A stretch of DNA of 64,000 bases from positions 1 through 64,000 of the IMG/VR virus record IMGVR_UViG_3300046170_000378; one strand, written 5' to 3'. The notes under the pieces are model-generated. The model did no database searches. It was given only the letters and a program-made list of their open reading frames with translations, and was not told where the DNA came from. A program made the translations under genes and the position numbers. Shown here piece after piece: positions 44,105 to 53,208 of this stretch. Position 1 is the stretch's first letter. Every line of letters begins with the position of its first letter.

Positions 44105-44849
44105 ATGTACACATCACAGGAATTAAAGCAGATGATCTTTATTGATATAGAGACATCAACACAGAAAGAAACATTACAAGAAGTAATTGATGAAAATCCA
44201 ACTTTAGAAGAGTATTGGAACTTAAAAACTACTCAACTTCTAGAAAATCAACCAGAAACACTTAAAGATTTTAAAGATCCACATAAAATGTGGTCAAGAA
44301 TGGCAGGGCTTTATCCAGAATGGGGTAAAATAGTCTGTATTTCTATGGGCCAAATACAATTTGATGAGACTGGTCACCCAAATGATTTTAAAGCTGTCTC
44401 GTTTCATGGTGATGATGAAACTAATATTCTTAAAGAATTTATGACGACTGCAGCCAAGATCATGCAGAAGTACCCAAAGATGCAGTGGGTTGGGCATAAT
44501 ATTAAAGGATTCGATATGCCATATCTAATTAAAAGGTCATTGATCAATAGAGTTAGTGTACCTTCACCGTTTCATCTACATAAGCAAAAGCCATGGGAAA
44601 ACTGTTTATTGGACACACAAGACGTTTGGAAATTTGGAGGCTGGAACTCAGCTAAATTAGGTTTAATCTCAGAACTACTGGGTATTCCATCGCCCTAAGG
44701 ACGCAATGTCAGGTCCAGAAGTAAATGAGTATTATTGGAACGGTAGACTTGAAGAAATAAAAACTTATTGTGAAAAGGATATTCAAGCTACTGCTAACAT
44801 CATGTTGAAGTTGGCTAATATGCCAATTGTTGCAGAGGCACCGTTTTAA
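44105..44849 (+). CDS. Predicted DEDD 3'-5' exonuclease, PolB-exo-like (frameshift near 44695)
   Basis: FIDIET, VGHNIKGFDMPYL, DTQDVWKFG, EIKTYCEKDI. Confidence 0.8.
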
Positions 44850-44963
44850 ACCTGACAAACTGACATACGCTTAAGACAATAAGTCTTAAATACTACATTG
44901 GAATAATATTTTCAGTATACCTATCGAGCACGTTGCTCATATAAACAAATAAAAAACAAAATT

Positions 44964-45338
44964 ATGTATTTAACAAATTTATCAAACTTAGGTAACGGTG
45001 CATTGGAAGATGCATTCGACAATTTTTTTAACTTTCCAGTTGCGAGAGAAACATGGGACACATTAGGAATTACAGGACCTCAATATAAGACTGCAAAAGA
45101 CATGCTAATGGTTAGTCTTCCAGGATTTAGTAAAAAAGATATTAATCTAGAAATCAAAGGTCAAGTAATTACCATTAGTGCTGAAGACAAAGACAATTCT
45201 TTTGCTAAAGGCTTTACCAAAAAATTTAGATTTCCTGAAGAAATCGACATGGACTCTATTACGGCTAAAATGTCAGACGGTATCTTAACGCTTAACTTTA
45301 AGCCATCGAATGACACTAAGAAAATAAATATAAAATAA
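44964..45338 (+). CDS. Small heat-shock protein (Hsp20)
   Basis: LPGFSKKDINLE, FTKKFRFPEEID...ITAKMSDGILTL. Confidence 0.85.
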   Translation: MYLTNLSNLGNGALEDAFDNFFNFPVARETWDTLGITGPQYKTAKDMLMVSLPGFSKKDINLEIKGQVITISAEDKDNSFAKGFTKKFRFPEEIDMDSITAKMSDGILTLNFKPSNDTKKINIK

Positions 45339-45399
45339 TTTAGCCAGGATTTTTTTATGTCAATTATTTGTGGTATATTAGTACTATAATAATCAAAAT

Positions 45400-45711
45400 A
45401 TGGAAGAAGATAACTTTGACTTTGACGACTTTTTAGAAAATTCTAATAACGAGTTTAATCACAAGCTAGAAAAATATAAGGAAGCCATGATTTCGGCGGC
45501 GATCGATCAGAACTATCAAAACATCGTGAACCAAGGTATAAGCGATTGGCATCTTAGAATGATGGAGCCTACTGAATTAAACGAATTGATGCAAACGTTT
45601 AACGTGATGATCAAACATTATGAAGACCTAGAAGAGTTTGAAAAATGTGCAGAGTTGGCAAAACATAGAAAAATCATAGATCAAAGCATGTCGCTAAGGC
45701 AAGATATATAA
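45400..45711 (+). CDS. Small protein with a C-terminal UVR-like motif
   Basis: HYEDLEEFEKCAELAK. Confidence 0.7.
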   Translation: MEEDNFDFDDFLENSNNEFNHKLEKYKEAMISAAIDQNYQNIVNQGISDWHLRMMEPTELNELMQTFNVMIKHYEDLEEFEKCAELAKHRKIIDQSMSLRQDI

Positions 45712-45755
45712 TCTATAACGTGTTAGTGCTATCTAACTAACGCGGGCCCCCGATT

Positions 45756-45785
45756 AAACCCAGTCAGAAACGACTGGGTTTTTTA
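45756..45785 (+). terminator. Intrinsic terminator
   Basis: AAACCCAGTC-AGAAAC-GACTGGGTTT followed by a T run. Confidence 0.8.
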
Positions 45786-45798
45786 TGATATATAATGT

Positions 45799-46143
45799 AT
45801 GAAACACCTTAAATCTCTAAAAGAATTTTTAAATGAAGAGTATGTTATGCAGCATTTGGAAAAAGAGTATAATATTATTCTTGATATATGGGACAATGGA
45901 GAGTATTTAGAACTGGGTAAAATAGAAGTTCCTAAAAATCTTAGATCTTTAGGCGTCGGCACCAAAGTCATGAAAAGAATTGTGAAAATGGCAGACGAAC
46001 AAAACAAAGATATTAGGCTTACGCCTTCTAAAGATTTTGGTGCTACCTCGGTATCTAGACTTGAAAAATTCTATAGAACTTTTGGTTTTGTAAAGAATAA
46101 AGATTTAAAATATAAGGACACTATGGTCCGATATAGTAAGTAA
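45799..46143 (+). CDS. GNAT acetyltransferase with a capsid-targeting-like N-terminus
   Basis: IEVPKNLRSLGVGTKVM (acetyl-CoA motif), LEKFYRTFGF; starts MKHLKSLKEFLNE. Confidence 0.75.
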   Translation: MKHLKSLKEFLNEEYVMQHLEKEYNIILDIWDNGEYLELGKIEVPKNLRSLGVGTKVMKRIVKMADEQNKDIRLTPSKDFGATSVSRLEKFYRTFGFVKNKDLKYKDTMVRYSK

Positions 46144-46147
46144 CAAT

Positions 46148-46675
46148 ATGAAATATCTAAAATTATTTGAACAATTTCTTTTAGAAAAAGAACCAGAGTG
46201 GCAAGACGCCGATTGGCCTGATGCTGAAGGTAGATTTAGAGATTTATCTATTAAGGATTTAGCAGCATGGCTAATTAAAACCAGAAAGAAAGATCTAAAA
46301 GCAATTAGTGGATCATTGACGCAACAGATAGTCTTTAACAGAAATGAAGATCCTGAATATGCTGAAAAAATGGAAAAGACTAGACAGGAAGTTTATAAAC
46401 AATTAGATAGACAAGATCTTATGGAAGATTTTGAAACAGATAATCCAGAACTGGACAGAATTAGAAAATTTGCAGGATCTATACAAGATTTACACACATG
46501 GATGAGAAGAGCGATGCAAGATCAGGGTCGTGATGGTGAAACAAATCCGTATAAAGACACTATAATGGTAAATGGTCCACAAACTGGCGAATTAGATCAG
46601 TCTTTACCATATCAAGATTTTCAAAATGGTAAATCAGACCTAGTAAAGAATAGACATGGAAGAAAAGACAGCTAA
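46148..46675 (+). CDS. Hypothetical protein with a capsid-targeting-like N-terminus
   Basis: Starts MKYLKLFEQFLLE. Confidence 0.7.
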   Translation: MKYLKLFEQFLLEKEPEWQDADWPDAEGRFRDLSIKDLAAWLIKTRKKDLKAISGSLTQQIVFNRNEDPEYAEKMEKTRQEVYKQLDRQDLMEDFETDNPELDRIRKFAGSIQDLHTWMRRAMQDQGRDGETNPYKDTIMVNGPQTGELDQSLPYQDFQNGKSDLVKNRHGRKDS

Positions 46676-46838
46676 AGAAATTGCAATTCAACTAAAAAGA
46701 ATTGCCGATGCTCTTGAATCTAAGAGTAAACTAGAGATGCAAAGAGAAAAACGTAAAATCAAGTTAGAAAAACTTGAAGAACGTAAATTAAGATCTGACC
46801 TTCGTATTAACGAAAATTCTAGAAATGAATCATTATGA
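46656..46838 (+). CDS. Small coiled-coil hypothetical protein
   Basis: IAIQLKRIADALE; overlaps both neighbours. Confidence 0.55.
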   Translation: MEEKTAKEIAIQLKRIADALESKSKLEMQREKRKIKLEKLEERKLRSDLRINENSRNESL

Positions 46839-47634
46839 TACATTAGGTGTAGACAGAACTGCAACACAAGAAGAAATTAAGAAGGCTTATAGAAAGCTAG
46901 CCAAAGAATATCATCCAGACAGATCTGGCGGTGATGATTCAAAATTCAAAAAAGTTGCTGAAGCATATGATGTTATCGGTGATGAATCCAAAAGAAGCAT
47001 GTACGACATGCAAGGCTCAGGTGATAATTTCTTTGGGCAATTTCAAGATTCAAATGTAAATTTAAGCGACATCTTTGATCAGATGTTTGGCGGTGCACAA
47101 CAACCACAGCAGCGCGGTCTAGATCTTAGAATGGAAATGCACGTTAGTTTTATGGAAGCCATGAATGGCTTAGATAAACAATTTACTATTAACGGTACTT
47201 TAGTTAATGTGAGTTTTAAACCTGGTTTAAAAACTGGCCAGAAATTTAGATTACACGGTAAGGGTCAACCCCATCCGTACAATTCTAATCTTCCAAACGG
47301 AGATCTAGTAATTCATACACACGTTGAAGTAAATCCTAATTTTATTTTACAAGGCGATGATATTTGGATAGAACATAATCTGCCATGGTACGATATTATG
47401 AGTGGCTGTAAAATCGAAGTATGGTCTCCTGATGGACTGCTAGCAATAAATGTACCTAAAGGCACAAAACCTGGAAAAACACTACGAATAAAAGATAAAG
47501 GCTACCCAATATATGGCAAAAATAGACGAGGTGCTCTTTTATGTAGAATAAACGCAGTGTACCCAGAATTAAATGAAGAATCTCTTGAATATATAAATAA
47601 AATAAAACAAGTACAGGAGAGTAATAATGAATAA
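46825..47634 (+). CDS. dnaJ: DnaJ/CbpA-type co-chaperone (no Zn finger)
   Basis: J-domain YDTLGV...IKKAYRKLAKEYHPDR; C-terminal domain with LRIKDKGYP. Confidence 0.9.
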   Translation: MNHYDTLGVDRTATQEEIKKAYRKLAKEYHPDRSGGDDSKFKKVAEAYDVIGDESKRSMYDMQGSGDNFFGQFQDSNVNLSDIFDQMFGGAQQPQQRGLDLRMEMHVSFMEAMNGLDKQFTINGTLVNVSFKPGLKTGQKFRLHGKGQPHPYNSNLPNGDLVIHTHVEVNPNFILQGDDIWIEHNLPWYDIMSGCKIEVWSPDGLLAINVPKGTKPGKTLRIKDKGYPIYGKNRRGALLCRINAVYPELNEESLEYINKIKQVQESNNE

Positions 47635-47908
47635 TTCATTTTTTGATAAGAATAGAAACGAAGAAGGCGACATGTGGTATAACATTGTCAATAATATTAT
47701 GTTATTGAATTCTGAGGCTTTCTTTAGAGCTGTATTTGATGCAATGCAAAATCATCCAACTTATGTAATATTATCTGATTTTGAAAGTGATAGAAAGATT
47801 TATATAATGGATCAAATGTTAGAACATTATGAAAAAAAGGAAGACTTTGAAAAGTGTAAAGTTATTTTTGAAATTAAAAAGCAAATAGAAATAGAAAATA
47901 GATGCTAA
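47627..47908 (+). CDS. Small protein with a C-terminal UVR-like motif
   Basis: HYEKKEDFEKCKVIFE. Confidence 0.7.
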   Translation: MNNSFFDKNRNEEGDMWYNIVNNIMLLNSEAFFRAVFDAMQNHPTYVILSDFESDRKIYIMDQMLEHYEKKEDFEKCKVIFEIKKQIEIENRC

Positions 47909-48090
47909 AAATAGAAGTTAATAAAGGGGGAATAGAAAGAGCCCTAAAAAACTATAAATCCAAGGTAATTAGAACTAAGCAATTAAAAAAACTTAGAGAT
48001 AGAAAACAATTTACCAAGCCTAGCGAAACAAGACGCAAGCAAATAGCTAAGGCTAAATACGTCCAATCTAAGAAGGATTCAAACGAATAA
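47902..48090 (+). CDS. rpsU: 30S ribosomal protein bS21
   Basis: IERALKNYKSKV.RTKQLKKLRDRKQFTKPSETRR...KAKY. Confidence 0.85.
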   Translation: MLKIEVNKGGIERALKNYKSKVIRTKQLKKLRDRKQFTKPSETRRKQIAKAKYVQSKKDSNE

Positions 48091-48193
48091 AGTAATATCC
48101 TAATATTTTAGGTATCAAATTATTCTTCATTACCATTTCACACAAAATATATACCTAGAGTGTTAGTCATACGACACACTTAATAAAAAACAA

Positions 48194-48466
48194 TTGGACA
48201 AGGAGATGAGCGATTTTATTTCTAATTCTGACAAAGATAGCTTGATGAGAGCATCATACTATCAAATAACTAGAAACTTTACAAAGACTGTAAATAGGTT
48301 CATCGCGTTTAAGGATAGTGATCATATTGTAGAAATTCCACATGGTATTGGCCAAAGAAGCCACTTCATAGATCTTATGATCAAATACTTTGAATCTTTA
48401 GAAGAGTACGAAAAATGTAATAAATTACTTAAGTTAAAGGAACTTGTCATGATGGCAGGTGATTAA
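48194..48466 (+). CDS. Small protein with a C-terminal UVR-like motif
   Basis: YFESLEEYEKCNKLLK. Confidence 0.7.
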   Translation: MDKEMSDFISNSDKDSLMRASYYQITRNFTKTVNRFIAFKDSDHIVEIPHGIGQRSHFIDLMIKYFESLEEYEKCNKLLKLKELVMMAGD

Positions 48467-49169
48467 AAATATTAAAACTATGGCAAAAAGGAGTCAACCA
48501 ACAACAGGCGATTCACTAAAAAGAGTGCAACTAAGAGAATCTCAAAAACACTATGTTAGAAATATTGAAGAAAACGAAATCACATTTTGTTACGGACCAG
48601 CAGGAACGTCTAAAACATTTACAGCATGTTATGTAGCATTAAAGATGTTATCTGAAAAAAAGATTAAAGAGATTATTCTTTGTAAGCCTATTCAAGAGGC
48701 TGGCGAAAAATTAGGTTTTTTGCCGGGAGACAAAGACGAAAAGATTGACCCTTATATGAAATCTTATAAATCCAATATCGAGAAGATTATTGGTGTCACT
48801 GCAGCAAAAACGCTGTTTGATAAAAACATAATCAGATTTGAGCCACTTGCTTATATGAGAGGAGACACATTCGATAATTCTCTTATGATATTAGATGAGG
48901 CTCAAAACGCAACCTTTAAACAACTGATGTTATTCGTAACCAGAATGGGAAAGGATAGTAAAGTTGTAGTAACAGGTGATGTTAGTCAACATGATATTGC
49001 GGCGTCGCAGGTTAGTTTACCAGATTTTATAGAACTTATAGACAGCGTAAAGGGTGTAGGAACCCATATATTTACAGAAAACGACATCGTAAGGGCTAAA
49101 ATATTACAAGAGGTTGTTAAGCGATACGACAAATGGAAATCAACGAACCCGAATCACAACAAGAGATAA
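48459..49169 (+). CDS. phoH: PhoH-family ATPase
   Basis: GPAGTSKT, GEKLGFLPGD, PLAYMRGDTF, LDEAQN, TGDVSQHD. Confidence 0.9.
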   Translation: MIKNIKTMAKRSQPTTGDSLKRVQLRESQKHYVRNIEENEITFCYGPAGTSKTFTACYVALKMLSEKKIKEIILCKPIQEAGEKLGFLPGDKDEKIDPYMKSYKSNIEKIIGVTAAKTLFDKNIIRFEPLAYMRGDTFDNSLMILDEAQNATFKQLMLFVTRMGKDSKVVVTGDVSQHDIAASQVSLPDFIELIDSVKGVGTHIFTENDIVRAKILQEVVKRYDKWKSTNPNHNKR

Positions 49170-49594
49170 TTGTTAGATTAGCGAAGACCGACGATTTAAC
49201 AAGAATTTGTGAAATATACAGCCAACACTTTGGCTACACAGAAGCACCATTAAGACAATGGTGGAACATATTAGAAGACGATAGTATTACATATATAGTT
49301 GCGGAAGATGATGGCCGAGTTATCGGTGCAGCCAGCATGATCACTATTAACAAGATCATTAGATCTGGTAATAGGGTTGCACTTATTGAGGACGTGGCCG
49401 TAGATGACAACTCTATGGGCATGGGCGTAGGTAGATTACTTATATCGTATTTACAGGATTTAGCGGTAGAAAAGAATTGCTACAAGACAATTTTAAACTG
49501 TAGCAAAAAGAACGTAAAGTTTTATGAAAAATTAGGGTTCTACAAAAAAGAAATTCAAATGAGGTGGGATAGACCTCAAAGGAAACAAATATAA
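49133..49594 (+). CDS. GNAT acetyltransferase, glucosamine-6-phosphate N-acetyltransferase-like
   Basis: ALIEDVAVD...GMGVGRLL...CYKTILNCS..NVKFYEKLGF. Confidence 0.75.
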   Translation: MEINEPESQQEIIVRLAKTDDLTRICEIYSQHFGYTEAPLRQWWNILEDDSITYIVAEDDGRVIGAASMITINKIIRSGNRVALIEDVAVDDNSMGMGVGRLLISYLQDLAVEKNCYKTILNCSKKNVKFYEKLGFYKKEIQMRWDRPQRKQI

Positions 49595-49626
49595 ATTAGT
49601 GTGTATAACAGTCATAAAACAAACTT

Positions 49627-50256
49627 ATGGCAAAGCACATATTACTTAAGTCTAATTATCACGAAGACTTCTCGGTTGTTGAAATCGGCGTAGACGAAGC
49701 TGGAAGAGGCGCACTAGCAGGTCCAGTAACAGTTGCGGCATGCATTATGCCCCACGGATTTCAACATGAATTGATCAAAGATTCTAAACTTTTAAATGAA
49801 GGACAAAGAGCTGATGCCAGAAAAATGGTATTGGAAAACTGTATCGCATATTCTATTCAGCATGTCAGTGTTGAAGATATTGAAAATACTAATATCTTAA
49901 AAGCAACACTTGAAGGCATGAGAAGGTGCTTAGAAGATGTAAAGCAAAACACTAACTTTGAATTTATCCTAATTGATGGAGATCAATTTCACGGGTTTGA
50001 AGGCATTCCATTTGAAACGGTAGTGGGTGGAGATAACATGTATACTAGTATCGCTGCTGCTTCTATTTTGGCCAAAACAGAACGCGATCTATTAATGAAA
50101 TCATTAAGCGAAGGAAACGAAGTGTATGGCTGGGGATCAAATAAAGGATATGGCACTAAACAACACAGGGATGCTATCGTAGAAAGCGGAGCTACTGAAC
50201 ACCATAGAAATTCATTCATTAGTCACATGTTGACTAAAACTACTACATTGTTTTGA
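49627..50256 (+). CDS. rnhB: Ribonuclease HII
   Basis: GVDEAGRGALAGPV, IKDSKLL, LIDG, IAAASILAKTERD, NKGYGTKQH. Confidence 0.95.
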   Translation: MAKHILLKSNYHEDFSVVEIGVDEAGRGALAGPVTVAACIMPHGFQHELIKDSKLLNEGQRADARKMVLENCIAYSIQHVSVEDIENTNILKATLEGMRRCLEDVKQNTNFEFILIDGDQFHGFEGIPFETVVGGDNMYTSIAAASILAKTERDLLMKSLSEGNEVYGWGSNKGYGTKQHRDAIVESGATEHHRNSFISHMLTKTTTLF

Positions 50257-50597
50257 GAGGGCTAATAATAGGAATGTTATTGTTTTTAGGTGGACAAACA
50301 CTGATCTGGTTTCAAACTAATGGCCAATTTATAAGCACATGGGCCAAAAAGAATCCACTGATTATTAGTGTTTTAGGCGGAACAATTATTAGTTATATGT
50401 TTATTAAAGCAACGGCATTAATTGCAGGTTATTATGATGGCGCGTTATGGCCGGGAAGATTTATAGGATTTTCTATGGGCATAACTTCATTCGCATTCTT
50501 AACGTGGTACTTCTTAGATGAGGGTATTAATATAAAGACTGCAGTTTCTTTGTGCTTAGCATTTGCACTTATTTCTGTACAATTATTTTGGAAATGA
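50253..50597 (+). CDS. Small multi-TM membrane protein
   Basis: Four hydrophobic segments. Confidence 0.7.
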   Translation: MRGLIIGMLLFLGGQTLIWFQTNGQFISTWAKKNPLIISVLGGTIISYMFIKATALIAGYYDGALWPGRFIGFSMGITSFAFLTWYFLDEGINIKTAVSLCLAFALISVQLFWK

Positions 50598-50848
50598 AAA
50601 AGTTAAAATTACCTTGGTTAGAAAAAGATAAGCCAACAAATGTTGTAGTTTATAAAAAACAAAAGAATAGCAACACATACTATATGATAGTAACAGATAT
50701 ACATGTAGATGTGATCAACAATGCTCGAGCTACTAAACCAATAGTAGACCATAAGTATGAAATAGTAGAACTTGGCATTGGATTTAACTTCATATCTGAG
50801 TGGTCAAAAAAATATAATATAAAAAGCCCTAAAGTTTTAGCTAAATAA
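50594..50848 (+). CDS. Hypothetical protein
   Basis: ATG overlaps the previous stop; MKKLKLPWLEK. Confidence 0.6.
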   Translation: MKKLKLPWLEKDKPTNVVVYKKQKNSNTYYMIVTDIHVDVINNARATKPIVDHKYEIVELGIGFNFISEWSKKYNIKSPKVLAK

Positions 50849-50905
50849 TTTTTTTATGTCATTTATTTTTTGTATATTAGCTAAGTAATAATAAAGATAA
50901 GAATT

Positions 50906-51124
50906 ATGAAAAACAAATCAATTGGATTTATCATTGGCGCTGCCATTGTTTTAGTAGGCGCAGCCGCAGCCGCAGGTTTAATTACACAAATACTTTGGAA
51001 TAAGTGTTTGGTTCCTGCAATAGACTCTGTAAATACAGTAACATATCTACAAGGTCTGGGCATTTATGTGCTAGCAAACGCATTATTCAAAAACGTTAAC
51101 CTAAAATCTAATAATGCCAAATAA
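50906..51124 (+). CDS. Small membrane protein
   Basis: Two hydrophobic segments; class I promoter at 50857. Confidence 0.65.
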   Translation: MKNKSIGFIIGAAIVLVGAAAAAGLITQILWNKCLVPAIDSVNTVTYLQGLGIYVLANALFKNVNLKSNNAK

Positions 51125-51575
51125 AAAAATCATATACGTAGATTTAGACGGTGTCATTGTTGACCTTTTAGGTTTTATTGACAGTGAATACAATAAAGAG
51201 TATATCGATCAAATAGGATATGGCACTATTATTGACAGAGACGCTAGACCTTTCTATAAAGCAAAACCAATCACAGGCGCTATCGATGCAATTAATCAAT
51301 TACAAGCGTCTGAAAAGTACGAAGTATATTTATTGTCTACTGCACCTTGGGCCAATGAAGAAGCATGGAAAGCCAAAAGAATTTGGGTAGATGATCACTT
51401 AGGACACATAATGAATAGAAGATTAATCCTATCTCACAATAAAAATCTACTAAAAGGTGATTATCTGATAGATGATAGGCCTAACAACGGTGCTGATAAA
51501 TTTGAAGGAGAGCTAATTAAGTTTGGAGAAACTTATAAAGACTGGAAACAAGTAATTAACTATCTAAATCCATAA
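51114..51575 (+). CDS. 5'(3')-deoxyribonucleotidase (HAD, NT5C-like)
   Basis: IYVDLDGVIVD, LSTAPW, KNLLKGDYLIDDRP. Confidence 0.85.
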   Translation: MPNKKIIYVDLDGVIVDLLGFIDSEYNKEYIDQIGYGTIIDRDARPFYKAKPITGAIDAINQLQASEKYEVYLLSTAPWANEEAWKAKRIWVDDHLGHIMNRRLILSHNKNLLKGDYLIDDRPNNGADKFEGELIKFGETYKDWKQVINYLNP

Positions 51576-51580
51576 GATGA

Positions 51581-51820
51581 ATGGTATTCGAAAAAAACAT
51601 TTCTCAAATATTTGACATTAACAGAAAATCACATGCAGTTATTCAAAGCTGCCACACCCTAGATCAACTAGAAGGTGCTACTAAGTATGTAGAAATAGTA
51701 GAAAACTTTTATAGTCATATTGAGTGCACAGACAAATTACAATCTGATTATTTAAAAAAATCACTAGACAACATCAGGTCTGTTCTTAAGATCCAAAAGA
51801 AAAAAATGGCATCTTATTGA
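51581..51820 (+). CDS. Hypothetical protein
   Basis: 79-aa ORF in the operon. Confidence 0.55.
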   Translation: MVFEKNISQIFDINRKSHAVIQSCHTLDQLEGATKYVEIVENFYSHIECTDKLQSDYLKKSLDNIRSVLKIQKKKMASY

Positions 51821-51896
51821 AAATAATTAGCTCTAGATTTTTTTTTGTCAAATATTTGTGGTATATTAGTACTGTATCATTAATCAAAACAAAAAC

Positions 51897-52032
51897 ATGA
51901 ACTACGAAATCGAGCTTCTCCAAACTGCAGGCTACACTGCTGACGAAATTAACAATATGTCTCAGCATCGCCGTCCGAAATTTGGCCCTTGAAATTGAGA
52001 TGGAACTAGAAGCTATTGGTGAAAGTATTTAA
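51897..52032 (+). CDS. Very small acidic protein, probably frameshifted
   Basis: MNYEIELLQTAGYTADEINNM... directly after the class I promoter at 51846. Confidence 0.35.
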
Positions 52033-52042
52033 AAACAAAATT

Positions 52043-52458
52043 ATGAGTAAATTTATTGCAACAAAAGTAAAGTGTAATGGAACCGGCGGAGCTGGTTATC
52101 AGGGTGCACTTAAAGCACAAAGACACTATTTTTAAAATAGTAGAAGAAGTTAGGAGTAGTATGAGCCCAGAGTCTTTTTGGCAATTAGTACAGCTTCAAA
52201 ATCAAAAGGAAGCATATTCTGCCTGAGCTCTATGCCGGTAGGAGATATAATAGCAATGACGATATTACATATAGGCTCGTTTCAGGATTGGCTAGGCACT
52301 GCTACTCTTATCTAGAATCTGATGAGCTGATAGAAATGCACTTAATTCATGTCCTAAAAACATTGTCACTCGAAGAGAAACAATATCTAGTTGTTGATGC
52401 TGCCAGAGATTGTGCAGGTGCAGATCATTGGTATACATTTGAAAAGGACTGGGGATAA
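52043..52458 (+). CDS. Hypothetical protein, frameshifted
   Basis: MSKFIATKVKCNGTGGAGYQG... with coding-like sequence continuing to EKDWG*. Confidence 0.4.
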
Positions 52459-52670
52459 TGAGTATTGAAGAGCGATACTATCGCATAGATTCAGCACCTT
52501 ATGTAGTGTTTCCAGATGACAAGACAATTCACACAGTTGAAAGCATCGAAGTCATTGGCGATACGATCTTAATTGAGACCAACACGGGTTGGCTATTTAA
52601 TGACATGGATGTATTTACTGTTGAAGAAATGGTGGACATTGAAAATAAATTAGAAGACCTCCTAAAATAA
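52458..52670 (+). CDS. Hypothetical protein
   Basis: 70-aa acidic ORF. Confidence 0.6.
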   Translation: MSIEERYYRIDSAPYVVFPDDKTIHTVESIEVIGDTILIETNTGWLFNDMDVFTVEEMVDIENKLEDLLK

Positions 52671-52736
52671 ACGCTCAAATATTTTTTTATGTCAAATATT
52701 TGTGGTATATTAGTAGTATAATTAAAAGCAAAAGAA

Positions 52737-53204
52737 ATGAAAAAAGTAATATTTGATTTAGACGGAACTTTGGCTCTCATCGATAAGCGAAGAGCAATTT
52801 CTACAAAGGACAATGGTAAAATGGATTGGGACACTTTCTTTGATCCTAAAAACATTGATCTTGACCAGCCACACGATGCCGTAATTAAGATGGCTCAAAT
52901 GTTAGATGCCGCTGGACACATGATTGTTATTTTTAGTGGAAGATCTAAAGCTACTAAAGATGCTACTAAAGCTTGGTTAAAAAAGTTTGATGTACCATTT
53001 GATGTATTGAAGATGAGACCAACTAGTAGCGACTTTAAGTTTATGCCAGATGACGATCTTAAGAAGAAATGGTTTAACGACTTATTTCCAACACAAAATC
53101 ACATTGACGATATAGTTTGTGTATTTGATGACAGACAAAAAGTAGTTGATATGTGGAGAGACATGGGTTTAACTTGTATGCAAGTTGCTCCTGGTAATTT
53201 TTAA
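52737..53204 (+). CDS. HAD phosphatase (T4 PseT phosphatase-domain-like)
   Basis: IFDLDGTLA, IFSGRS, MRP...DDDLKK, VFDDRQKVVDMWR..GLTCMQV. Confidence 0.85.
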   Translation: MKKVIFDLDGTLALIDKRRAISTKDNGKMDWDTFFDPKNIDLDQPHDAVIKMAQMLDAAGHMIVIFSGRSKATKDATKAWLKKFDVPFDVLKMRPTSSDFKFMPDDDLKKKWFNDLFPTQNHIDDIVCVFDDRQKVVDMWRDMGLTCMQVAPGNF

Positions 53205-53208
53205 AATT

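Larger units (their letters stand above)
45358..52713 (+). promoter_or_regulatory. Class I promoter motif, 4 rightward copies
   Basis: TGTCA-N11-TATATTAG at 45358-45381, 50857-50880, 51846-51869 and 52690-52713. Confidence 0.8.

Noticed and set aside
47886-47901. TAGAAA repeats before rpsU as an extended Shine-Dalgarno site
   Set aside because: They are explained by the overlapping upstream codons (Ile-Glu-Ile-Glu) in AT-rich DNA, and there is no GGAGG core.
143-52458. Many split genes read as pseudogenes or programmed frameshifts
   Set aside because: All resolve by removing single inserted bases and catalytic motifs are intact. Core enzymes are hit indiscriminately with no slippery-site pattern, which fits read error.
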